Shown here piece after piece: positions 31,736 to 40,924 of a stretch of 58,287 nt of DNA. The translations under genes and the position numbers were made by a program. The stretch is from an uncultured bacterium (GTDB lineage: Bacteria > Macinerneyibacteriota > Macinerneyibacteria > Macinerneyibacteriales > Macinerneyibacteriaceae). The first letter of the stretch is position 1, and each line of letters opens with the position of its first letter. The notes under the pieces were generated by a model that was not told the DNA's origin, made no database searches, and saw nothing but the letters and a program-made list of their open reading frames with translations. The stretch spans positions 1-58,287 of the forward strand of contig CAZUKV010000002.1 of assembly GCA_964621075.1 (NCBI GenBank). Reading direction: 5' to 3'.

Positions 31736-32431
31736 ATGAAAAAAATTATGCTTATCGTATTATATTTTAGTTTAATTAATTTGCTATTTTCATTACATGG
31801 CAAATTAACATATATAGAGGGAGAAGTTTTTGTAAATTATTCTCCCGCTGACTTGAATCAAAAAGTTGATCAAAATGACCTCATAGTTACTGGAGAAGGT
31901 AAAGTTGAAGTTAAACTATCTGATGGCAAACTTTTTAGATTAGGACCTAAAACGAAAATATATTTAAAAAAACTTGAAGAAAAAGAAAAAAAAGATAAAA
32001 AAATTAAGATTAAAGTTATTGTTGGAAAGTTTTGGACTAAGGTAAAAAAAATATTTAAAAAAGAAGAATATAAAGTTGAATTTAAAATGGGAACCGCCGG
32101 TGTTAGGGGGACTGTTTACAATATTAATCAATTTATTGATGATAGTGCTGAATTATATGTTTATGAAGGTAAAGTTGAGGTAAGAAGTAAAAAGAAAAAA
32201 ATGAAAGCCCCACCTTCAGATTCAAAAAGAGTGGAAGTTGAAGGGCCTGAAGAAATTGAAGGTCCCAAAGAAATTACAATGGAAGAATGGATTGTAATAG
32301 TTGAAAAAATGAACAGGATTTCTATTAGTAAAAAAGGAGAACTTGGTGATCCTGAAAAATTTAAATATCAAGATTTGGAAGATGATGAATGGGTAAACTG
32401 GAACTTGAAAAGAGACAAATTAACAGAATAA
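31736..32431 (+). CDS. Exported FecR-domain protein
   Basis: Signal peptide; LTYIEGEV, VEVKLSDG-x-FRLGP-x-T, TAGVRGT, VYEGKVEV match the FecR beta-rich pattern. Confidence 0.75.
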   Translation: MKKIMLIVLYFSLINLLFSLHGKLTYIEGEVFVNYSPADLNQKVDQNDLIVTGEGKVEVKLSDGKLFRLGPKTKIYLKKLEEKEKKDKKIKIKVIVGKFWTKVKKIFKKEEYKVEFKMGTAGVRGTVYNINQFIDDSAELYVYEGKVEVRSKKKKMKAPPSDSKRVEVEGPEEIEGPKEITMEEWIVIVEKMNRISISKKGELGDPEKFKYQDLEDDEWVNWNLKRDKLTE

Positions 32432-32585
32432 CTTACTTTTTATCTTTATATAAAAATCTTTCTATTAAAATAAATTATACTCTGCTTCTTTATTAATAAA
32501 ATTAACCAATATTGTATTATACATTATCTAATAAATACAATTTGTATAAATAGCCACATACTCATTATCTTCTTAAGCAAAACGC

Positions 32586-32614
32586 TTGACATCTTAATAT
32601 ATTATTGTTAATTT
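32586..32614 (+). promoter_or_regulatory. Sigma70 promoter of M4 peptidase gene
   Basis: TTGACA (32586-32591), 17 nt, TAATTT preceded by TG. Confidence 0.55.
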
Positions 32615-32642
32615 ACTATTAATTATTAGAAAAGGGGGATTT

Positions 32643-35633
32643 ATGAATAATTTTAGAAAGGTGTTGGTCGTTTTATTTTTAGTATTTTTCATATTTTCAT
32701 TCAATTATGGGAATGTTGAAAAGGTTAGTCTTGCTAAGGTTCAAAACATTAGATATGACAGGGAGTTGAAATCACCTTTAATAATGAGGGGTGAGCTGGC
32801 AAAAAGAGGAAAGCGGGGATTGTCTCCTGAAAAAAACTTTTTCAATAAGTATCAGAAGTTTTTTAGAGTTGAAAATTTGGCTGAAAATGTGAAAAAGGTT
32901 AAAGAAATAACCGGGTTCATGGGTAAGAAACATCTCAAGTTTGAACAGTTTTATAAAGGAATTCCTGTGAGAGGTGGAGAGTTCTTTCTTAAAAAAGAAA
33001 ATGATAAGATTACTGGATTTTCAGGTAAGATTTTACCTGAAATAAAGGTTAGTATTAATCCATCACTATCCAGTTCAAGAGCGGGAAATATTGCTCTAAG
33101 GTATATCCCGGATAAAAACAACAGGGAAGTTGCAAAATCTGAAAAAATGATTTTTAGAAAAGACAAAGGAGTTTACAGATTGTCCTATAAGTTGCATATA
33201 AGAGCTGAGAAATATTACTGGGTTGCTTATGTAGATGCAATTAATGGAGAGATATTATTAAAATATAATAATATTAAAAATGTAACAAAAACTTCTTATT
33301 ACAATGGTAATGTAGATATTAATATGAATGGTGATGAGTATTATGATAGTACAAGGAATACCTGGGTAGAAAATAGTAGTGGATCAGTTTATACAGAAGG
33401 ATATGATTCTACTCAAAATGAAAAATGTGTTCAGTTATTATGGTCTTCTTCAATGTCAATTGATTTCTATCAGCAAAAATTTAATCATGATTCATGGGAT
33501 GGTTATGGCGGATCTGTTCCCGTTGTTTATAATCCTGATGAAAGTGCTTATTATTATAACGGGAAAATTACAATTGGAGATATGCCGAGTACAAGTGATA
33601 TAGGTTTTGTGGGAGATCTGGATGCAGTTGCCCATGAATTTTCACATGGGTTCTGTTCAAATACTGCAAATCTTGAATATTATAATGAATCAGGAGCTTT
33701 AAATGAAGCCAATTCTGATATAATGGGTAACAGTGTTGAAAGATGGGCTACAGGAAATTATTCAGATTGGGCTGTTGGAGAAGAAGCAATGAGAAATGGA
33801 TATGAATTCTTAAGAAGTATGGAAGATCCAAGTGAGAGTTATAACAGTCAGCCTGAATATTATTCAGAAAGATATACCGGAACTTCTGATAATGGTGGAG
33901 TTCATGTTAATAGTTCTTTGGGTAATAAATTTTTTCAGTTGCTTGTTGATGGAGGTACCTGGTATAGTGAAAACAATGGAAATGTAACTGTGACAGGTAT
34001 TGGAGATAATGATGCACTGTCAATATGGTATAACTCAATGACTACAAAGTTTACTACAACTACAGATTATTACGAAGCAAGAGATTTAACGATTGCTTCT
34101 GCTGAGGATCTGTTTGGAACAGATTCTGAACAGGCGGTTCAGGTTCAAAATGCCTGGGCAGCTGTAGGAATAGGTACACCTGCTGGTTCCGGTGGGGGCG
34201 GCGGAGGATCTACCGAAGATCCTTATGAACCAAATGACTCAATGAGTGAAGCTTATGAAGTTTCTGCAGGTAATACATACAGTTCATATATTTATGAATC
34301 AGGAGATGAAGATTATTACAAAATTAGTGTAAGTGAAAGCGGGACTCTTGATTTAACTACAGGTAATCTTGCTGGGGATTATGACATGTATCTTTACAAT
34401 TCTTCAGGAACCGAACTTGATAAAGCCTATACAACTAATGATCCTGAAACTATTACTCACGAAATTTCATCAGGAACATATTATATAAGAGTAAATGGAT
34501 ATAACGGGGCTTATAGCAGTTCAACAAAGTATAACTTAACAGTTGAATTTACACCTGATGGATCTGGTGGTGGAGGAGGGTCTACTGATGATCCTTATGA
34601 ACCAAATGACTCAATGAGTGAAGCTTATGAAGTTTCTGCAGGTAATACATACAGTTCATATATTTATGAATCAGGCGATGAAGATTATTACAAAATTAGT
34701 GTAAGTGAAAGTGGAACTCTTGATTTAACTGCCGGAAATCTTGCTGGAGATTATGATATGTATTTATTCAACTCATCAGGAACCGAACTTGATAAGGCTT
34801 ATACTACTAATGATCCAGAAACCATTAATTATGATGTATCCTCAGGAACATATTATATAAGGGTAAATGGATATAACGGAGCCTACAGCAGTTCAACAAT
34901 GTATAACCTAACAGTTCAATTTACATCTGATGATACAGGTGGTGGTGGAAGTGGGGAACCTCAATGGTATATTACAACATTATCTTCACCAGTTGAAACA
35001 CCGCACCCTTATGAAAATAGTCAGACTTATTCATATGATTACAGTAAACCAGGTGCAACACAGGTAGCAATACATTTTTCAAGTTTTGAATTTGAAAATG
35101 GATATGATTATGTAAGAACCTATAATAGTAATGGTACAGAAATTAACTCATATACTGGTACCAAAAGTGAATTCTGGACTGTAGTTGAAGGAGATTATAT
35201 AAAAATAAAAGCATTCTGTGATTATATTTATAATGATTATGGATATGTTATAGATCAGGTTGCTTATTATAGTGATACAAATCTTGGATTTACAGATGGA
35301 GAAACTAAATCAGAATTGAATGCGGTGACAGGAAATATAACTCCTAAGGTTAGATTTGATAAATTAAAAAATTATCCAAATCCATTTAATCCCGAAACAA
35401 ATATTGTTTATCCTGTAAATAAAAGCGGTGTAGTAAAAGTTGTTATTTATAATTCAAGTGGTAAAAAAGTAAGGGTTCTTGTAAATGAACATAAAGAAGC
35501 AAGAGAAGAACCATACACAGTTCACTGGGATGGCAAGGATAAAAATGGAGACATCTCTGCAAGTGGAATTTATTACTGTATCGTAAAAGGAAAGGGATTT
35601 AAAAATACAAGAAAAATGATTTTACTAAAATAA
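32643..35633 (+). CDS. Secreted M4 (thermolysin-family) metalloprotease: propeptide, catalytic domain, 2x PPC, CUB-like, C-terminal FlgD-Ig/T9SS-like domain
   Basis: FEQFYKGIPV propeptide; HEFSH, GALNEANSD, DNGGVHVNS; two DPYEPND PPC repeats; C-terminal NYPNPFNPET...WDGKD...SGIYY...KMILLK. Confidence 0.93.
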   Translation: MNNFRKVLVVLFLVFFIFSFNYGNVEKVSLAKVQNIRYDRELKSPLIMRGELAKRGKRGLSPEKNFFNKYQKFFRVENLAENVKKVKEITGFMGKKHLKFEQFYKGIPVRGGEFFLKKENDKITGFSGKILPEIKVSINPSLSSSRAGNIALRYIPDKNNREVAKSEKMIFRKDKGVYRLSYKLHIRAEKYYWVAYVDAINGEILLKYNNIKNVTKTSYYNGNVDINMNGDEYYDSTRNTWVENSSGSVYTEGYDSTQNEKCVQLLWSSSMSIDFYQQKFNHDSWDGYGGSVPVVYNPDESAYYYNGKITIGDMPSTSDIGFVGDLDAVAHEFSHGFCSNTANLEYYNESGALNEANSDIMGNSVERWATGNYSDWAVGEEAMRNGYEFLRSMEDPSESYNSQPEYYSERYTGTSDNGGVHVNSSLGNKFFQLLVDGGTWYSENNGNVTVTGIGDNDALSIWYNSMTTKFTTTTDYYEARDLTIASAEDLFGTDSEQAVQVQNAWAAVGIGTPAGSGGGGGGSTEDPYEPNDSMSEAYEVSAGNTYSSYIYESGDEDYYKISVSESGTLDLTTGNLAGDYDMYLYNSSGTELDKAYTTNDPETITHEISSGTYYIRVNGYNGAYSSSTKYNLTVEFTPDGSGGGGGSTDDPYEPNDSMSEAYEVSAGNTYSSYIYESGDEDYYKISVSESGTLDLTAGNLAGDYDMYLFNSSGTELDKAYTTNDPETINYDVSSGTYYIRVNGYNGAYSSSTMYNLTVQFTSDDTGGGGSGEPQWYITTLSSPVETPHPYENSQTYSYDYSKPGATQVAIHFSSFEFENGYDYVRTYNSNGTEINSYTGTKSEFWTVVEGDYIKIKAFCDYIYNDYGYVIDQVAYYSDTNLGFTDGETKSELNAVTGNITPKVRFDKLKNYPNPFNPETNIVYPVNKSGVVKVVIYNSSGKKVRVLVNEHKEAREEPYTVHWDGKDKNGDISASGIYYCIVKGKGFKNTRKMILLK
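34218..34932 (+). repeat. Intragenic tandem duplication, period 372 nt (124 aa, PPC domain plus Gly linker)
   Basis: 34218-34303 is identical to 34590-34675 (86 nt); the rest of the units differs mostly at synonymous positions. Confidence 0.95.
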
Positions 35634-35655
35634 AACATTGAATATAATATCTTTT

Positions 35656-35685
35656 GGGGGGAGGATATTCTATCCTCCCCTTTTT
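35656..35685 (+). terminator. Intrinsic terminator after M4 peptidase
   Basis: GGGGAGGATA-TTC-TATCCTCCCC then T5. Confidence 0.85.
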
Positions 35686-35762
35686 CTTTCTTTGAACGAA
35701 ATTATTTTATATCTTTATTGATTTTTTTTTTAATACATATATATTTCTTTATGGAGGTTTTT

Positions 35763-37232
35763 ATGGAGAATATAAAATTTGTTAATGGTAAAATTTATAC
35801 AGGAAAAGATAATTTTATTAATTCTTTTGGAATAAGTGATGGAAAGTTTGTTATCAAATCCCCTGGAAGCTTTGATAAGGTAAAAGATTTAAATGGAAGA
35901 TGCGTTCTACCTGGTTTTATAGATTCCCATACTCACATAACACATGCTGGAATTCATAAGTTAGGATTAGATTTAAAAGAGAGCAAAAAACTTGATGAAA
36001 TTTTTGAAAGAATTGATGATTTTATAAATAATAATGAAAGAAATATTTATTTTGCATATGGATTTGATGAATCAATTCTTAAAGAAAATAGATTTCCCAC
36101 AAAAAAGGAGCTTGATAAGATAGTAAGTGACAGGCCCTTTTATATACAGAGAAGAGATCAGCATTCTTTAATTGTTAATTCTGAATTTGAAAAAAAATAT
36201 AATATTTCTTCAAAGGATGGTTTTGTAAATGCTTCAACATATGAAAAAATTAAAATTGAACTTTTAAAAAATTTTAAAAGACAAGATTACTCAAGAGCTC
36301 TTAATCTTATGCAGGAAATAGCTTTTAAGAATGGGATAACCACATTACATACAATGGAAGGGACTAAAAATTATAAAAAGCCTATTGAATATCTAATGAA
36401 AAATAAAGATAATTATAAATTAGATTTTATTATTTATCCCCAAATACTTGATATAGATTGGGTTGTAGATAATGATTTTGATAAAATTGGAGGATGTATT
36501 TTACTTGATGGATCCTTTGGTTCAAGAACTGCAGCATTGAAAGAAGAATACTCGGATTCTCCAGATGAAAAGGGAGCTCTTTATTTTAAAGATTCAGAAC
36601 TTTATAAGTTTGTTGAAAAAGCCCATCTAAAGAATCTGCAGCTTTCATTTCACGCAATCGGGGATAGGGCGATAGAACAGATTTTGGATGTTTATGAAAG
36701 AGTTTTAATCAAATACCCCAAGAAAAATCATCAATACAGGATTGAACATTTTGAACTGGCTACAGAAGAAATGATAAAAAAAGCTTCTGATTTGGATTTA
36801 CAAATTGCATATCAACCTGTATTTGAATATTTGTGGAATTATAAAAACGGTATGTATGAAAAGAGATTAGGAAAAAAAAGAATGATGCAGACAAATAGGT
36901 ATAAAACAGCATTAAATCATAATTTAAAATTTTCCTTTGGTTCTGACTGCGATGTTACTCCTTTAAATCCCCTGCTGGGTATTCATTCAGCAGTTAATAG
37001 ATTTAACAATAGAGAGAATATTTCAGTAAGGGATGCAATAAATGCTTTTACTATAAATAGTGCCGAAATGGGTAAATCTTCAAATCTATATGGCTCTATT
37101 GAAGAAGATAAAAAGGCTGACTTTATCATACTGGAAGAAGATATTTTTGAAATTTCTAAAAGTAAAATCAAAAATATTAAAATAAATGAAGTTTATAAAA
37201 GTGGGAAAAGTGTTTTTAAGGAGGATTTATGA
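35763..37232 (+). CDS. Amidohydrolase family 3 (YtcJ-like) metal-dependent hydrolase
   Basis: PGFIDSHTH, DGSFGSRTA, HAIGDRA, RIEH, GSDC, GKKAD-like motif; ATG 35763 after GGAGG SD. Confidence 0.9.
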   Translation: MENIKFVNGKIYTGKDNFINSFGISDGKFVIKSPGSFDKVKDLNGRCVLPGFIDSHTHITHAGIHKLGLDLKESKKLDEIFERIDDFINNNERNIYFAYGFDESILKENRFPTKKELDKIVSDRPFYIQRRDQHSLIVNSEFEKKYNISSKDGFVNASTYEKIKIELLKNFKRQDYSRALNLMQEIAFKNGITTLHTMEGTKNYKKPIEYLMKNKDNYKLDFIIYPQILDIDWVVDNDFDKIGGCILLDGSFGSRTAALKEEYSDSPDEKGALYFKDSELYKFVEKAHLKNLQLSFHAIGDRAIEQILDVYERVLIKYPKKNHQYRIEHFELATEEMIKKASDLDLQIAYQPVFEYLWNYKNGMYEKRLGKKRMMQTNRYKTALNHNLKFSFGSDCDVTPLNPLLGIHSAVNRFNNRENISVRDAINAFTINSAEMGKSSNLYGSIEEDKKADFIILEEDIFEISKSKIKNIKINEVYKSGKSVFKEDL

Positions 37233-38536
37233 AAGATTGGATAAAAAGTAATGAAAATAGAATATTAAGTGACCTGGAAGAATTTATAAAAATTAAAAGT
37301 GTTCAAAAGCAGCCTAAAAAAAACAAACCGTTTGGAGAAGGAGTGGATGAGGCCCTGAAATTTATTCTTAAATATGCAGAAAATCTTGGGTTTAAAACAA
37401 AAAATTTGGATAATTACATAGGATTTGCTGATTGGGGGGAAGGTTCTGAAATGCTTGGTATTTTATGCCATGTAGATATTGTTCCTGAAGGCTCAGGGTG
37501 GAACACGGATCCTTATAAAATGGAAATTAAAGACAATAAAATTATTGGTCGAGGAGTCCTTGATGATAAGGGTCCAACAATATTAATATTAAATGCGGTA
37601 AAATATTTGATGGAAAATGATATTTACAGTAATAAGAAAATTAGGATAATTTTTGGTACAAATGAAGAGAGTGGATGGAAGGGAATTGAATATTATCTTG
37701 AGAATGAAAAGGAACCTGATATCGCGTTTACTCCTGATGCAGAGTTTCCTGTTATTTTTGCTGAAAAAGGAATTTTGCATTTTAAATTGAAATCAGATTT
37801 TAAAAATGATGATATCAAAGAAATTAAGGGTGGGAATGCACCCAATATGGTACCTAATGAAGCTTATGCTGTTGTTAAAAACAAATTCAAATTTAAAAAC
37901 ATAAAAGATATTGAAATTATTGAAAAAGGGAATGTGGTTAAAATAAAAGCTCATGGAACTTCTGCTCATGCAAGTACTCCACAGCTGGGAGATAATGCTA
38001 TTTCAAAATTAATAAATTATTTAAATAATTATATAAAAGATCCTTTTCTTGATTTTTATGAAGATAAAATTGGATTATTATATAATGGGGAAAATATAGA
38101 TGTAGGGTTTGAGGATGAAATCAGTGGCAAACTTACATTTAATACTGGAATTATTGATAATCAAGGCGTTGTTGTTGATATAAGATATCCCGTTTCTGTA
38201 GATAAGGAGCAAATAGAAAAAAATATTAGAAATAATTTAGAAAAGGGTATCAACTATGAAGAAATAGCACACAAGAATCCTCTTCATGTTTCAAAAGATA
38301 GTGATCTGGTTCAGGAATTAATGACCGTTTATAATGATATAATGGAAGATAATCAAACTCCTATTGCAATAGGAGGAGGAACCTACGCGAGAGCAGTAAA
38401 AAAAGGTGTTGCTTTTGGACCCTTATTTCCGAAACAGGAAGAAGTTGCACATCAGGCTAATGAATATTTTGAAAAAGATAAATTTTTTAAATCCCTGGAA
38501 ATATATATAAAAGGAATTAAAAAATTAATAACCTGA
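37229..38536 (+). CDS. pepV: M20 family dipeptidase PepV/Sapep
   Basis: CHVDIVP, GRGVLDDKGP, GTNEESG, HASTP, GGGTYAR, AHQANE. Confidence 0.88.
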   Translation: MKDWIKSNENRILSDLEEFIKIKSVQKQPKKNKPFGEGVDEALKFILKYAENLGFKTKNLDNYIGFADWGEGSEMLGILCHVDIVPEGSGWNTDPYKMEIKDNKIIGRGVLDDKGPTILILNAVKYLMENDIYSNKKIRIIFGTNEESGWKGIEYYLENEKEPDIAFTPDAEFPVIFAEKGILHFKLKSDFKNDDIKEIKGGNAPNMVPNEAYAVVKNKFKFKNIKDIEIIEKGNVVKIKAHGTSAHASTPQLGDNAISKLINYLNNYIKDPFLDFYEDKIGLLYNGENIDVGFEDEISGKLTFNTGIIDNQGVVVDIRYPVSVDKEQIEKNIRNNLEKGINYEEIAHKNPLHVSKDSDLVQELMTVYNDIMEDNQTPIAIGGGTYARAVKKGVAFGPLFPKQEEVAHQANEYFEKDKFFKSLEIYIKGIKKLIT

Positions 38537-38552
38537 TTTATATTTGAAAGGG

Positions 38553-38580
38553 TTGACTGTTAATTTTAAACTATTATAAT
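38553..38580 (+). promoter_or_regulatory. Sigma70 promoter of thi leader
   Basis: TTGACT, 16 nt, TATAAT, just upstream of the riboswitch. Confidence 0.7.
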
Positions 38581-38585
38581 TTTTA

Positions 38586-38660
38586 TACATGGGGTGGCTA
38601 GTATATGCCTGAGAAAAACCCTTTGAACCTGAACAGATAATGCTGTTAAGGGAATTAAAT
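38586..38660 (+). ncRNA. TPP riboswitch aptamer
   Basis: GGGGTG...CTGAGA...ACCCTTTGAACCTGA...GATAATGC...AGGGAA consensus elements, upstream of thiC. Confidence 0.92.
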
Positions 38661-38669
38661 GGTATATAT

Positions 38670-38700
38670 TGGCCGGTTTCTGACCGGCCATTTTTTATTT
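38670..38700 (+). terminator. Riboswitch expression-platform terminator
   Basis: TGGCCGGT-TTCTG-ACCGGCCA then TTTTTT, between aptamer and thiC SD. Confidence 0.88.
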
Positions 38701-38721
38701 TAAGAAAGGAGAGTTAGAAAA

Positions 38722-39987
38722 ATGACACAATTAGAAGCAGCAAGAAAAGATATTTTTACTGAACAAATGAAGATTGTTGCAAAAGAAGAGAATGTTGATA
38801 GAAATTACTTAATAAAAGCAATTGCAAAAGGTAAGATAGTAATTCCTTCAAACAAAAATCATACAAATCTACACCCTTATGGGATAGGTGGTGATTTAAG
38901 AATTAAAGTAAATGCTAATATTGGAACATCACTGAGGAATATAGACCTGCAAAAAGAGCTTGATAAAGTTGAGATGATTGAAAATCTTAATGCTGAATCA
39001 GTTATGGATTTAAGTACAGCCGGAGACCTGGATAATATAAGAAAAGAAATAATAAAGAATACATCTATGATGGTAGGTACTGTGCCAATATATCAAATAT
39101 TGACAGAGAACAGCGAAAAGATTAGCAATATTGATATTGAAGATATTCTACATACTATTGATAAACATGGTAAGCAGGGGGTCGATTTTATAACAGTTCA
39201 TTGTGGTATTAAAAAAGAAGCATTATCTTTGATAAAAGATAGAACTATGGGGATAGTTTCACGTGGAGGTTCTTTTATTTCAAGATGGATGAAAGAAAAA
39301 GAGGAAGAAAATCCTTTGTATGAATACTATGATGAGATTTTAAAAATTGCACAGCAGTATGACATGACACTAAGTTTAGGAGATGGGTTGCGACCCGGGG
39401 CAATCGTTGATGCAACAGATAGAGCGCAGTTGCACGAATTGAATGTTTTAGGAGAATTAACAGAAAGAGCCAGAGAGTCCGGGGTTCAGGTAATGGTTGA
39501 AGGTCCCGGACATGTTCCATTAAATGAAATTAAAAGAAACATGGATCTGCAGAAAGAAATTTGTAACAATGCCCCTTTTTATGTTTTAGGCCCATTAACA
39601 ACTGATATTGCTCCCGGGTATGATCATATTGTAGGAGCAATTGGTGGAAGTTTAGCTGCATATTTTGGAGCTTCTTTTTTATGTTATGTAACACCTGCTG
39701 AACATCTTCGGTTGCCTACTATTGAGGATGTGAAGGCGGGGGTTGTTGCATCAAAAATAGCAGCACATACAGCTGATCTTGCTAAGGGGAATCAAAAAGC
39801 ATGGGATATGGATCAAAAATATGCAAAAATGAGACATGATTTTGATTGGGAAGGAATGTTTAAAAATTCAATTGAAATGGAAAAACCATATCGTTATAGA
39901 AAAGAAAGTACAAATTTCGATACAGAAGAATGTTCAATGTGTGGCGATTTTTGTGCTTTAAAAATGCTAGAAAAGGAGCTTGAATAA
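38722..39987 (+). CDS. thiC: Phosphomethylpyrimidine (HMP-P) synthase
   Basis: KVNANIG, SRGGS, LGDGLRPG, EGPGH, YVTPAEHL, C-terminal CSMCGDFC Fe-S motif; under TPP riboswitch. Confidence 0.95.
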   Translation: MTQLEAARKDIFTEQMKIVAKEENVDRNYLIKAIAKGKIVIPSNKNHTNLHPYGIGGDLRIKVNANIGTSLRNIDLQKELDKVEMIENLNAESVMDLSTAGDLDNIRKEIIKNTSMMVGTVPIYQILTENSEKISNIDIEDILHTIDKHGKQGVDFITVHCGIKKEALSLIKDRTMGIVSRGGSFISRWMKEKEEENPLYEYYDEILKIAQQYDMTLSLGDGLRPGAIVDATDRAQLHELNVLGELTERARESGVQVMVEGPGHVPLNEIKRNMDLQKEICNNAPFYVLGPLTTDIAPGYDHIVGAIGGSLAAYFGASFLCYVTPAEHLRLPTIEDVKAGVVASKIAAHTADLAKGNQKAWDMDQKYAKMRHDFDWEGMFKNSIEMEKPYRYRKESTNFDTEECSMCGDFCALKMLEKELE

Positions 39988-39988
39988 T

Positions 39989-40924
39989 ATGAATATTAAA
40001 GAATTAGGTGGAGAGTTCCAGTTTATAAATAGAATCAAAAAGAAATCTAAAAATAGAAATGTTATTGTAGATATTGGCGATGATTGTGCTGTAACAGAAT
40101 ATAATGATGATTCATATCATTTATATACTACCGATATGCTTGTTGAAGGAGATCACTTTTCTCTTGATTATTTTTCTCCTTATCAAATAGGGATAAAAGT
40201 AATGGAAAGCAATGCTTCAGACATTGCTGCAATGGGAGGGAAACCTGTTTATAGTTTAATTTCTTTATCATTAAAAGAGGATACCACTGTTGAGTTCATT
40301 GATGGAGTTTATAATGGAATTAATGAAATATGTGAGAGATATAATTTTGATCTAATAGGCGGGGATACAACACATGGAGATAAAATTGTAATTAGTTTAA
40401 CTTTAATTGGTCAGGTGGATAAAAATAAGTTAAAATTGAGGTCTGCTGCTGAAATTGGTGATCTTATTGTTGTTAGTGGGCCACTGGGAGGCTCTACAGC
40501 AGGGTTAAAATTATTTTTAAATACTATTGATGGATTTGATGAGATAAAAAAATATCATACCAATCCTATCTCTGAAATAAAGAATCTACCAAAAATATTA
40601 CCTGTTGCAAAAGCCATGGAAGATGTGAGTGATGGTCTTGCTTCTGAAATCAGAAATATCTGTAAAATGAGTAAAGTAGGGGCGAAAATATTTAGAGAAA
40701 AAATACCTCTAAATAAAGGAATAAAAAAGTCCTCTTCTTTACTTGATGATGACCCTTATGATTATGCGCTTTTCGGGGGAGAAGATTTTAAACTTGTATA
40801 TACAGTTAATAAAAACGACCGGCATAAAATATATGGAACAGTTGTTGGAGAAATAATAAAGGGCGAAAAGATTTTACTTGATGGGAAAGAGCTGAAAAAT
40901 TACGGGTATGATCACTTCTCCTGA
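39989..40924 (+). CDS. thiL: Thiamine-monophosphate kinase
   Basis: GEFQFI, IGDDCA, NASDIAAMGG, GGDTT, DVSDGL, GGEDFKL; ATG 39989 after AAGGAG. Confidence 0.93.
   Translation: MNIKELGGEFQFINRIKKKSKNRNVIVDIGDDCAVTEYNDDSYHLYTTDMLVEGDHFSLDYFSPYQIGIKVMESNASDIAAMGGKPVYSLISLSLKEDTTVEFIDGVYNGINEICERYNFDLIGGDTTHGDKIVISLTLIGQVDKNKLKLRSAAEIGDLIVVSGPLGGSTAGLKLFLNTIDGFDEIKKYHTNPISEIKNLPKILPVAKAMEDVSDGLASEIRNICKMSKVGAKIFREKIPLNKGIKKSSSLLDDDPYDYALFGGEDFKLVYTVNKNDRHKIYGTVVGEIIKGEKILLDGKELKNYGYDHFS

Noticed and set aside
38722-39987. ThiC as a BzaA/B/F cobamide lower-ligand paralogue
   Set aside because: The upstream TPP (not cobalamin) riboswitch and adjacent thiL support a thiamine role.
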